This document shows positions 52,201 to 64,000 of a DNA stretch of 64,000 nt, one piece after another. Source of the stretch: Eledone cirrhosa. Taxonomy: Eukaryota. Made by a program: the position numbers and the translations under genes. The stretch's first letter is position 1; each line of letters begins with the position of its first letter. The notes under the pieces are model-generated. The model did not search any database and was not told the DNA's origin. It saw only the letters and a list, made by a program, of their open reading frames with translations. The DNA lies in NCBI GenBank assembly GCA_964016885.1, contig OZ024741.1, forward strand, positions 49,972,001 through 50,036,000, in the 5' to 3' direction.

Positions 52201-53460
52201 CAGGTTGTTCTGATTTAGTTTCCCAGAGTTTTTTCATTTTATTTTTATTTTTTATCAGTTCTCGTGGGTACAGTGTTTTCAGACCAGCTGGTATCTCTTT
52301 TCCATGTTTCACCAGCCTTAATAAACTTCCATATCTGCCCATCATCACGTAGGCTGAAGCTTTCATGTTCTACCGAGCTGCGGTTTAAGGAAGCTGCAGC
52401 ACGCAGCTTTGGGCGGACATCAGGTGGAAGACCAGGGCGTGTTCGGAAGGCAATCCGACTTTCACGCCTAGCTTTATCAGAGGACAAAAGATATGAACGT
52501 GCCCCAGTTGAGTTCGAAAAAGACAGTCTAATTAGCCTGAGTTTCGGACCTGGTCGGCCAAGGCGTAGAGCACCCTTCAGGGGAGCACAGCCCAAGTCTT
52601 TGGAAGAACTGGCAGCAACTGTCTGAAGATCACCTATGTCTTCTGGTACACCAATGGCAATCACTTCGTGGTTTACAGATTCAGTGGCATTCTCAATGCG
52701 TCTAGATTCGGCAAGACGTACGCGGAGATTTTTTAACAAGGCACTCCAGTAAGATCCCTCATTGTGAGGTTCTACACGAACGCTTGATTTTATTCCCGCT
52801 ATTTCTTGGCTTAAAGCGAAAATCATTTGCCGTATTTCCTCAAACTCCGTCTTGACGGTCGATGTTTGTTGTTGTTGTTCTTCTTCAACAGGCATGGTAG
52901 GGGAAGACACAGTCGTCAGTTGTTGTTGTTGTTGAAAAGTAACGGGGGGGGGGGGGGGGACATGGGTTGCTGCTGTTGATGAAGTCCTTCAACAGGGGTA
53001 GTAGCAGAAGCTATGGTCGTTGGTTTTTTGGTTTTGGGTTTTTGCTGTTGTTCAGGAACAATGGTAGAGGAAGACACGATCTTCGGTTTTTGTGGTTGTT
53101 GTTCAGCAGCAATGGTAGAGGCAGACATACAAGCCAGGCACTGAAAGGACCAATTTGGTAGCTGGACCATTTCCCAGAGCCCATGCGCTGAAAAAGATCA
53201 TACTGACTATGGTTATTTCACAACATTCATGGTGGATATGGATGCGGTGGATTGGCAGTATCGGTAGAGGGTCGGACGCCATGCTTTCCAGCATAGTTAC
53301 GTCCCTTGCCACTCTGTGTTCAAATCCCGCCGAGGTTGACTTTGCCTTTCATCCTTACAGGGTCGATAAAATAAAGTACCAGTAATGCGCTGAGATAATT
53401 GCTGGCCTTGTGCCTAAAGTAGAAACAGTTATTTCACAACATTTAAAATCCAAGGCCAAT
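49241..53460 (-). mobile_element. CR1-clade LINE, near full length and degenerate (ORF1 about 52245-53200; ORF2 APE+RT about 49418-52155)
   Basis: LNARSL, VYRPP, AGDFNHPEIDW, SDH, VYLDFAK, GVPQGSVLGPLLF, YADD and PHLEFASPVWNP motifs. Confidence 0.92.
53243..53427 (+). mobile_element. tRNA-derived SINE with 16-bp TSD
   Basis: TSD GTTATTTCACAACATT at 53212 and 53428. Confidence 0.9.
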
Positions 53461-53465
53461 GCTAC

Positions 53466-55584
53466 TATAGCGAGGATACTGGGTTGTATGAATGTAACAA
53501 GGAATACATGGTTTGGTGTATAATATTTAATTAACAATGGTAGATAGTATACTTGACATGTCAAAGATAGATGTTAGAATGAAACAAAGTTAGAAGTTAC
53601 CGTTTTGATTGCCAGGCAAACGCGGCTGGCAGAGGACGCCTGGCCTTAGCCAGGCGCCTGTTGGCCAAATTAATGGCAGAGCCAAATGAGAGGCTCTTGA
53701 CCTGGTGCCGAAAAGGCAAAGAGAGTTAGAAAGCTTAAAGTTGTTAGTTTTATAGGGCTCTGACCGGAAGTTGCAGAAAGGGTTCTACTTCCCGTCTAGA
53801 TCCCAATCAAAACAAGGGAGACAACCGCTACATAACCTCCCGCCAGAATTTTAGTGTATAAAAATCGAAATGAAAATATGTAGCAAGTTGGCGAGAATGT
53901 TGTAACAGGCATGAAAATTACGACAAAAGAATGTTTGGAAAAATCAATGATAGATATCAAGGTAGTCAACCGCTCTTGGCCAGAGAACGACTGGACATCC
54001 ATCTATCCATCACCCAAAGATACAATGTAATAAAGTAAAAGTAATAGAAGAGCTCAAAGTTCAAATGTACAAAATATAGTTCACAGGTGTGCAATCACAT
54101 GACAGCAGGAAAGAAAGTGTGTTCCAGAGAATGAATGCAGGTGGTCTCTGTTCTGTGGTATATCGTGAAATTTCCAACCTCCGAATGGATTTTCTCACAG
54201 GGAGAGTGCTGCAAAAATAAATTCTCTGGCGTTCTGCTGGTTGTTGGTGAAGCTGTGTTGATGTATTGCTGCTGCTGCTGTTGTCTCGCTGAGTGAGCGT
54301 ATTCGGTGTTTAAATTCACAGATTTTTTTTTTTTTTTAGAAAAAATGAGTTGCGCAAAGTGCTAGAAATAGCAGCCGAAGTTGATGGTCGATGTTGAGAA
54401 TGCGTTGACCTGGAAGGGTCAAGAGGCCAGCGACCAGAGAAATAAGCATTCTTAATAAATGCGCGGTTATCAACGGTAAATTTACATTGTAAATTTATAA
54501 ACCGGCAAATAGAAGAATATAGCTTAAGGCTGAAGAATCCTTGGCGAGAAATGTTATCTCTGGCGTGCGGCTATGTCTGTGTGTAGAGACATCTCTGTGA
54601 ATCGAGAATTTGTGCTGCCTACACGTGCCAATACAAGGTTGAAAAAAATAATATTTCTAACGCGCGAGAAAATGATAGTGCAATTTTGAAAGTGACAATG
54701 ATGAAAAAGAAAGGCTTCACTCAGCATAATTATTGGTGTGAACTTTGGAAAAAAACAAAAAACTTGAACGATGAAGAAAACGATGAACAAAAAGGCAATG
54801 GTTCATCGAAAATAAATGTTCCTGTTGAAATGTTTTTTAAAGAATATCAAATTTCTTTTTTTTTGTGTGTGTGTTTTGAAAGAGTTCGTTGTAAGAAACG
54901 AGAAACATATATATATATCGTGAAATGTTTTTTTTTTTTTTTTGTTTTGAAAGTGTTCGTTGTAAGAAACGAGAAACATATATATATATTGGTGAAATGC
55001 GACAGTTAATTGATGCGTGAGAGAAAAAGTCTGTCTGTGCGAATTCCACATGTGCGTGTGTGCGTGTCCTTGAGTATTTTCATAGTTTGTCGCTAAATTT
55101 GCTGTGTATTCGTAATGTTACTCACAAAACCAGATGTGCTATTTTTTTCTTTTTTTGGGGGGGTGACCACTTATAGCGATGAACGGCTGCGTGTTCGTAT
55201 CACGTCAGGGTTACCAATATAGCGAGGATACTGGGTTGTATGAATGTAACAAGGAATAAATGGTTTGGTGTATAATATTTAATTAACAATGGTAGATAGT
55301 ATACTTGACATGTCAAAGATAGATGTTAGAATGAAACAAAGTTAGTAGTTACCGTTTTGATTGCCAGGCAAACGCGGCTGGCAGAGGACGCCTGGCCTTA
55401 GCCAGGCGCCTGTTGGCCAAATTAATGGCAGAGCCAAATGAGAGGCTCTTGACCTGGTGCCGAAATGGCAAAGAGAGTTAGAAAGCTTAAAGTTGTTAGT
55501 TTTATAGGGCTCTGACCGGAAGTTGCAGAAAGGGTTCTACTTCCCGTCTAGATCCCAATCAAAACAAGGGAGACAACCGCTACA
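53466..55584 (-). mobile_element. Non-autonomous LTR retrotransposon (367-bp LTRs, 1.4-kb non-coding interior, tRNA-Trp PBS)
   Basis: LTRs 53466-53832 and 55218-55584 (3 differences by eye); TSD CTAC; minus-strand termini TGTAGCG...CGCTATA; PBS TGGTAACCCTGACGTGAT; PPT-like GGCGGGAGG before the 3' LTR. Confidence 0.92.
55185..55216 (-). promoter_or_regulatory. Extended tRNA-Trp primer-binding site
   Basis: Plus strand GGCTGCGTGTTCGTATCACGTCAGGGTTACCA matches the 3' 32 nt of eukaryotic tRNA-Trp including CCA (reference recalled from memory). Confidence 0.85.
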
Positions 55585-56282
55585 CTACCATTTAATCGGC
55601 AGTTTACTCCCCCAGCCTAATAAGGAATTTTTATGATTGTTTTGTTTATGTCTCTCACACACACACACTCACACACCCACACATTACGGTCTCACCTCAC
55701 ACCAGACAATACATCCAATACAGTCGTTTTCTCTTTTATCCATCTTCTCTTAACTATTCTCCTGGGCAAAGCTAGTATAATAATAAGGGGGAAATAATTT
55801 GGATTACAATATTTGTAGGTAAATTATCTTTGTTTCAGTATAATTTGATTTTGAAATTATATGAGTGGAAAAGTATTTAATAATTGATATGTTTTTTTTT
55901 ATATATAACTGAGTAGGTCATAATGCTATGAGGTAAATTATTTAGTTCAAAATAAGGGAAATAAGTCAAATTCATCAATTCAACAATTTTATTTAAGTAG
56001 GTTAAATACAAATAGAAGAGACTATGCATACTTTGTGTAACTATTTTAGAAGGAAAGGTGTATGCACTATAGCCAAATTTATCAATTTATAATTTATTTA
56101 AATACAACCTAAACTTAAGGTAGATGAAACATTGTAACGGAGAAAGATTATAACGGAGAAGAATTAGTTAACTTATTTTGTCCAATAATCTACATTTTCA
56201 AAATAAAGATAACAAAATCACTTTAAAATTATATATAAAGGAATTATACCCATTTTGTTATTATTAATAACTATTAATTAAT

Positions 56283-56663
56283 TGTTTCTACTTTTCGCAT
56301 AAGGCCAGCAATTACCCAGTACATTACTGGTACTTTATTTTATCGATTCCGTAAGGATGAAAGGCAAAGTTAACCTCAACGGGATTTGAACTCAGACCAT
56401 AAAGGAACGTAACTATGCTAGAAAGCATGGCGTCCAGCCTTCTACCGATACTGCCAATTCACCGCACAGGCATTGCTCGATACCATTGGCAGTATCGGTA
56501 GAGGGTTGGACATCATGCTTTGACGCATAGAGTTACGGTCCTTGCCACTCTGTGTTCAAATCCCGCCGAGGTTAACTTTGCCTTTCATCCTTACAGGGTC
56601 GATAAAATAAAGTACCAGTAATGCGCTGAGATAATTGCTGGCCTTGTGCCAAAAGTAGAAACA
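56283..56663. mobile_element. Two divergent SINE copies (56283-56465 minus, 56486-56663 plus)
   Basis: Same family as 5071-5264. Confidence 0.88.
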
Positions 56664-57086
56664 ATTAATTAATGGTATCGTGCAATGCCTGTGCGTGAAG
56701 TTTTTTTAAGTGAGGAAAGACAGTGCACTGAGCCAATCCCACTCTCTGAGCGACAGTAGCTATAACCCGAAAAGAAGAAAGGATCAAGATCATCGGTAAC
56801 TACTGAGCCGCGGGTGTTGTTCCTTTTGATGCTGTTGTCTTACCCAATCTTAATTATAGCACCGAAAACTCCTCTCTGCAAATATATTTAACATATTCAT
56901 AGATATGTATGAATAATTTTGAGTGCTAGTATTTATATTTATTCTATGTATGAACTTACGTGCGTATGTACATATATTTGCTTTTATATGTATGTGCTTA
57001 TCTTTATATATATCTTTTTGTACGTATGGTCTTTTTATGTGTGTACATATATTTTTTATATACCTATATGTTTATTACATGTGTAA

Positions 57087-58542
<1,456 letters not shown>

Positions 58543-59434
58543 GTTGCCAGCTAAACGGATAGATCACTCAGCTGCAATTTGTGAGACACGGAGTTCAATT
58601 CTTCATAGTGGTCACTTCGTGGTTGGATTTAGACCATGAGGAGCCAGAGGCACTGCAGGTCGGGCTGGGGGCCTCATACACAAACAATTAGAATACACAG
58701 CAATGTTACATATCAATGTTACATATCAAAGTTAGCTTGGTGCAAGTAATTTGAATTGAAAGGTTATATATACCGGTATTAAATTAAAAACATTCTAACC
58801 ATCCTAAACTAAAAAGCCCAACTGAGGGTACAAATAAAATGCTATGGCCATTGTTGAGGGGCCCCCATTGCAGGGGGAAATTTCCCCTTTTAACCCCCAT
58901 AAAAAAAATTTTCTAAGCTATTATTTTTGGCAGTCAACTGTGTTTACAGTTATTTTCTGCATCTAAGAAATTTTTGTATTTTCAATGAATTTCATAACTA
59001 CTCAACGCTTCAATAGTTCAACACTTTGCATATTTATATATATATTCATATTTACAACATGCGATTTCTGTAAATTCATGGAGTGGATAGCAGCGTGGTT
59101 ATATGTAATTCAACTCTTTAACATTTAAACCAGCTGTATCTGACCAGAATTCTCTCACCTCTTTCTGTTCAAACCAGAGTAGTTAGCAGTAAGTAATACT
59201 TATTGCAAAAATGCAATGCCGTCACCTTGGATTATAACAATTTTTTCTCTTTCTGACGAAGTGCAATAATTTATTACGTAATGCATACAATTGAGCATGA
59301 GATTTTGCAGTCAGCACATATAGACGGTTATTGTATAGAAACATATGTTAAGGAATGAACTCTCAATAAATTTCTCCTTCTCACTAAATCTTCCTACCTA
59401 GTTATTCTTGTTTTTTTCTGGTACCATACTTATT

Positions 59435-60075
59435 CATCATCATCATCGTTTAACGTCTATCTTCCACGCTAGCATGGGTTTAGACGGGAATTGTCCCACT
59501 TGAGGCAAGATTGGTCATCTTGCGCGTGTAGGACTGTCTGGCAGGTTTTCTACGGCTGGATGCCCTTCCTAACACCAACCACGTTTACAGTGTGGACTGG
59601 GAGGTTTTTACCGTGTTACCTACACGGCCACATTACAGCATGGACTGTGTTTTTTTTGTCGTGACACCTACATAACCTCATTTATTTAGGACTGGATGTT
59701 GTGGTACCAACATAATTTTACAGAGAAAGGGGTGGTGTGGATGGGGGTGGTTTAGGTGTAGTGGGATGGGAGGTGTATTTGGTTAAGAGGTGCCTACTGA
59801 CTGTAGGTTTCGCTTTGTACTTAGGCAAGGCGGGTCTTCTGTATTACTGCATAGCGCCAAAGGTCTCGGTCCAGTGACATTGTCTTAGAGAGGTGTAAGT
59901 GAGTAAGGTCAGAATTTATCAAATCGTACCAGGTTCTTCTGGGTTTGCCTACTCCGTATTTCCATCAATTTTGATCGCCCTGCACTTTTTTTTACAGCTG
60001 TCATCTTTCATGCACATCACGTGACCATACCAACGTAGTCTTCTCTCGAGTAAACAGCATCTGATCCCCCTTATT
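59435..60075 (-). mobile_element. 3' fragment of the RTE LINE
   Basis: Reverse complement of about 35095-35735 with (GAT)n tail. Confidence 0.9.
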
Positions 60076-60520
60076 CAGATGCTGTTTACTAAAGAAACTT
60101 CAATTATTGAATATTATAATTGAAGTTTCTTTAGTATCTGTTGGCCGAAGTCAGACAGAAAGAAAGGAAAAAAAAAAGAAAGTGTAGGAAATGTAATTAG
60201 TGTGTGTGTGTGTGTATGCAAGGAAAATATTGCATGCATATTGTGGTTAGAAAAAGCTATCTCACCGCTTTTCATAAGCGCCGCTAAATCCCATTGCTGG
60301 TTTCTCCTCTTCCAGGTACGTCCAACTCATTAACACCGGGAGCTGCCAAAACTCGCGTCCACACCGTTCCTGGTCACCACTAGAGAGAGGCCGATCTGCT
60401 GGCCCTTCCGGTCGAACACCCTTCCGGCCAAGCACCCTTCCGGTTAAGCACTCTTCCGGTTGAGAACTCCCCAGCTTCCGGCCACCGCACGCCTCACCAT
60501 ACCCACACGCCCTCCTGATC

Positions 60521-63296
60521 TCAAGGATCAATTTCCCCCTCGTCCTTCTGCATATGAAAGTCTACTGTCCAGGTTGGTGGTTTGCGACTTCTTTGCGATC
60601 TCCGCAGTGTTGGGGCGGCACTTTGGGTTTCCTCTTCCTCAGAGTCCGTTGACACAGTGATTCTACGGACATCCAGGACATGACGAGGTACGGACACATT
60701 GTTCTGGGAATTTACGGCCGTCACCCTTCCCCATTGAGATGTGCAACGTGCATCTGGGGGCTTAACCCAGACTTCTTCGCCCACCTGCACGAATGCACTC
60801 TCTCTCCCCACTGGCCGTTGTGGTGGCGTGCACGGGTGCCGCCACTCGTATCTGAATACTGCTCTGTGTGGCACCGATTCCTCGACCTGTCCCACCCGAG
60901 GGGACATGTTGTACCAGAACACTGCCTCCATTGGTGAGATATGGCCCCGCTCCGCCATTGTCTTGATCGTCCGGTGGTGTCGCTCCACAATTCCATTCCC
61001 GCTCGGCCTGTGCGCTGCTCTGAAGAAACGGTCCACCTTCCATCCATCGAGCATCTCCCTCAGCGCCTCCGAGCGGAACGCTGCGCAGTTGTCCATGAGC
61101 AGTTCGTCCACAGGGCCCCGCTCCAAGAACACCTCTCTCAATGTCCGCATGATTTCCTCGGCCGTTCCAGTCTTCATCTCCCTCCATATCGCCATCCGTC
61201 CTGGTCCACAGTCGACCATCGAGAGGTACGTTCCCTGTCGGTAGTGCGTTACATCCACCGTGAATCACTTCCAGTCGCGATCCACCGGGAGGCTTCCCGT
61301 TTCGTGCACACCCGGGGCGGAATCAATGGACTGACATCGGATGCAGCCTCTAACCACCCTTTGAACACTGTGTCTGTTAACGTCCGAGTTGATTCTCCTG
61401 GCTAGGAACAGGCTCCTATCCACTCCCATGTGGTGCATGTCATGCAACCCTTTCAGATCCGACTCGGTCAGCCGACACACGGCAGCTATCTCATCTTCTA
61501 CCTCCTCCGGCGCTTCGATCCAGGCTTTCTTCACCCTAGTTAAGACGTCCGCCCTATTTTTCTCTGAGGGCACGAAAACTACGCTGAGCCTCAGGTCGAA
61601 CTCGGTGGCCAGCTCTCCTAAAGTTCCTAGGCGGCGCTTTATCAGCATCTCCAACCCCCCTCTCGTTCGCACTCTCTTCTCACTGGTGAGCACTGATCTC
61701 ACCCATCCGAGTACAGTAGCCGAGTCGGTGCGTATCTCGATGGTGCGCAGTCCCCATCTCAGGGCGAGGTTCACCCCTCTCAACACTGCGTCCAGTTCAG
61801 CCACATTGATGTGGTTGCAGTCGTCCTTCTTCCTAAGCCAGGTTGCATCATCGACCTCAACACCTCCTATCTCCAGCGTGACACCCAGCGCTATGCTGCT
61901 GGCATCGCACCATACGGTCCCACTCTGCGATTTGGGGACATACCAGTGTCCCCGCACTGGGTCGTCGGCCTTCACCCTCCCCACGATCTCTTGCATCATG
62001 GCCACCGTCCTCTCTCCCACTCTGTCACTCCAAGTCACCCCTCCCGCTCGTCTCTTGGCATAGCTGCATGCCGTCTGGAGCCACCCAGCAATCGGGTAGT
62101 GACCCACCAACTTTCCACACACCGAGAAAAGCTCCCGCCTACTCATACTTGGGCCCAGTTCTGGAACTTCATTTCCCCTCTGGAATACCAAGACGCCCGT
62201 CCTGTCTCGCCGTAGCCTAAGTCCCAGCGCGGCTCCTCCCTCCAACGCTTCTGATGGCTTCGCAGCCAGTCCATACCCCTGTAAATGGCTCGTGACCTCC
62301 GCCGCCGACACCACAGACTCATCCACTAGGATGTCATCAATGTAGGAGTTAGTGGCCCTCTTCATCTTGTCGGCCTTTCCCAGAATGGTCTTGAGGACCG
62401 CCGCCATGATATTCGGTGCGAAGGTCAGCCCGAAACCGAGCCTGGTCAGGCAATATGTCCGGCCCTTATACCTGACCAGCTGATACTGCCAGAGCTTCTC
62501 ATCTATATGCAATTGCAAATATGCCGACTTTAGATCTACGTCATGCGTCTCCACTCACGCAGGGTTTCCCCACAGACATCCGTGACCTCGCCACCCGTGT
62601 GGCATGACACGTGCTCGTTCAGCTCCCGAAAGTCCAGCACCGGCCTCACCTTGTTCTTCGTGGGTTGCACCACCGCCATTAACGGCAATACTCCGCACTT
62701 CACCTCCTCTTTCCAGGGAAGCAGTATGCCCTCTTCAATCCATCTCTCTACCTCTCACTCGAACTCGCTCCTAATGTTTCCCTTCAATGTGTGTTGATAG
62801 CAGCCCACTTTGGTTTTCAGTGTTGGTGGTTCTCCCTTCCAGTACCACTCAACAACCCATCGCTGCCCATCGAACACGGCCTTGAAGTCTTTGTCCTGCA
62901 CAGTGTAAGCGGGGTATTTCTCCTCGTGGGCCTTCTGGTTCTCCTGTCGCGTACTCACAGTGCATACCGATGCAGCGCCGCCAAACAACACACCGACATT
63001 GTTCACTGTGACGCCTCCTAGACGGTCAATTGCATCCATGCTCATAACCACGCCGATCCCATCCACCACGTTGTCAACTACGATGGCAGAAAGCCTTATT
63101 TTCCTTCCCCGTACCGCCATCTCCACCTCGCTGCGACCTCGGCATTCAATTTTCCTGCCGTCGACTGCCCTTACGCTGCTCTTGCCTCTCCACCTCTGTG
63201 CCACCCCCGCGGTCACCAGTGTCGTCGTACAGCCCGTGTCCACGAGGGCTCGCTGTGGCTTTCCCCTCACGAAGACTTCCACCACGGGCAGCGCCT
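60521..63296 (-). pseudogene. pol: pol: protease, RT, RNase H, integrase; in-frame stops and a deletion near 62545
   Basis: ALVDTGC, VRPVLDFRELN, DLKSAY, YIDDIL, WCDAS, HINVAEL, HHCC and DVTH..DN..NGIVERHH motifs. Confidence 0.9.
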
Positions 63297-64000
63297 TTAC
63301 TCGTAAGGGGCAACTACCGGCGCAGTAGTTCCTCTTGGATCGTTTCTCTGGTCGCAGTTAGTAGCGATGTGGCCTGGTCGCTTACACCGGTAGCATATTA
63401 TTTCCGGCCTTGACTCTCTACAGTCTCTAGCCATGTGCGGGCCCTGGCACCTAAAACAGCGGCCTCTAAACGTTCGCGGGCGATCGCGTGCCGTGGTTGC
63501 CTCCCTTTCACCATTTCGCTGCCAGCTGTCTTGAGCCTCTGTAGTTGCTATCGCCGCGACACTCTTCTTAGCATCTTCTGCTATGATCCGGGCTTGTTCC
63601 ACCAGTGAACACATTTCCATTTCTTTGTAACCCGGGACTTGCTGCAGTTTCACCGCTATGTCGTCTGGAAATCCATTTATGAACGCCAATCGCACCGTGC
63701 GTTCGCATTCCACCTGATATTCAGCCAACATGGCCAATCGCCGTATTTCCGCTGCGAAAATGTCAACGCGTTCACCGTTCCATCTAATTCTTGCCAGCTT
63801 AGCAAAAGCGGCTAACGGTCCCTCTGCGAATGCTTCCATCATGCGCCTCTCAATCTTTTGTGCATCTCTTTGGCTGTGTTCATCCAACTCAAGGAAGAGT
63901 ACCAACGCGTCCCCCTCAAGGTACCATGAGGCCAGCCACATCTATCTTCTGTAAGCTTGCGACCAGCCGGACTTTTCGCAGCCAAGCGACATCGCCTTCA
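63297..64000 (-). CDS. gag: gag with two CCHC knuckles (N-terminus outside the window or disrupted)
   Basis: CFRCQGPHMARDC and CYRCKRPGHIATNC. Confidence 0.85.

Larger units (their letters stand above)
60139..64000 (-). mobile_element. Gypsy-type LTR retrotransposon (gag-PR-RT-RH-IN + 3' LTR about 60139-60530), running out of the window
   Basis: Domain order; PPT AGAAGGACGAGGGGGAA then TG at 60530; LTR ends ..GGCCAACA at 60139; LTR limits approximate. Confidence 0.9.

Noticed and set aside
58546-58613. tRNA-like sequence with a GCA anticodon-like loop
   Set aside because: Stems do not close into a cloverleaf; more likely a degenerate SINE head.

Overview
AT-rich, microsatellite-rich animal genomic DNA. 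The SINE/LINE repertoire suggests an octopus or other cephalopod (inference only). I find no convincing host gene, and almost the whole window is nested transposable elements. These are: an L1/Tx1-type ORF1; an array of R4/Dong-type REL LINE fragments in (AAT)n; two near-full-length Penelope-like elements (PLEs) in divergent inverted arrangements; several Hydra-type PLE remnants and non-coding PLE fold-backs in (TA)n; a near-full-length RTE LINE with a PHD-like finger inside its RT; a CR1 LINE; a Gypsy LTR element; a solo LTR; a 2.1-kb non-autonomous LTR element; mariner remnants; non-autonomous Helitrons; and tRNA-derived SINEs. There is one 200-N gap. Three signals stand out. (1) At least four hammerhead-ribozyme families sit in PLE terminal repeats, including UUGAAAA and CAGAAGA core variants. 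(2) The non-autonomous LTR element has a primer-binding site with about 32 nt of tRNA-Trp and an A>T change exactly at position 58, a probable m1A58 read-through scar, plus a second degenerate PBS unit. (3) A short-arm/long-arm fold-back architecture recurs across several PLE families. All calls were made by eye; no searches were run.
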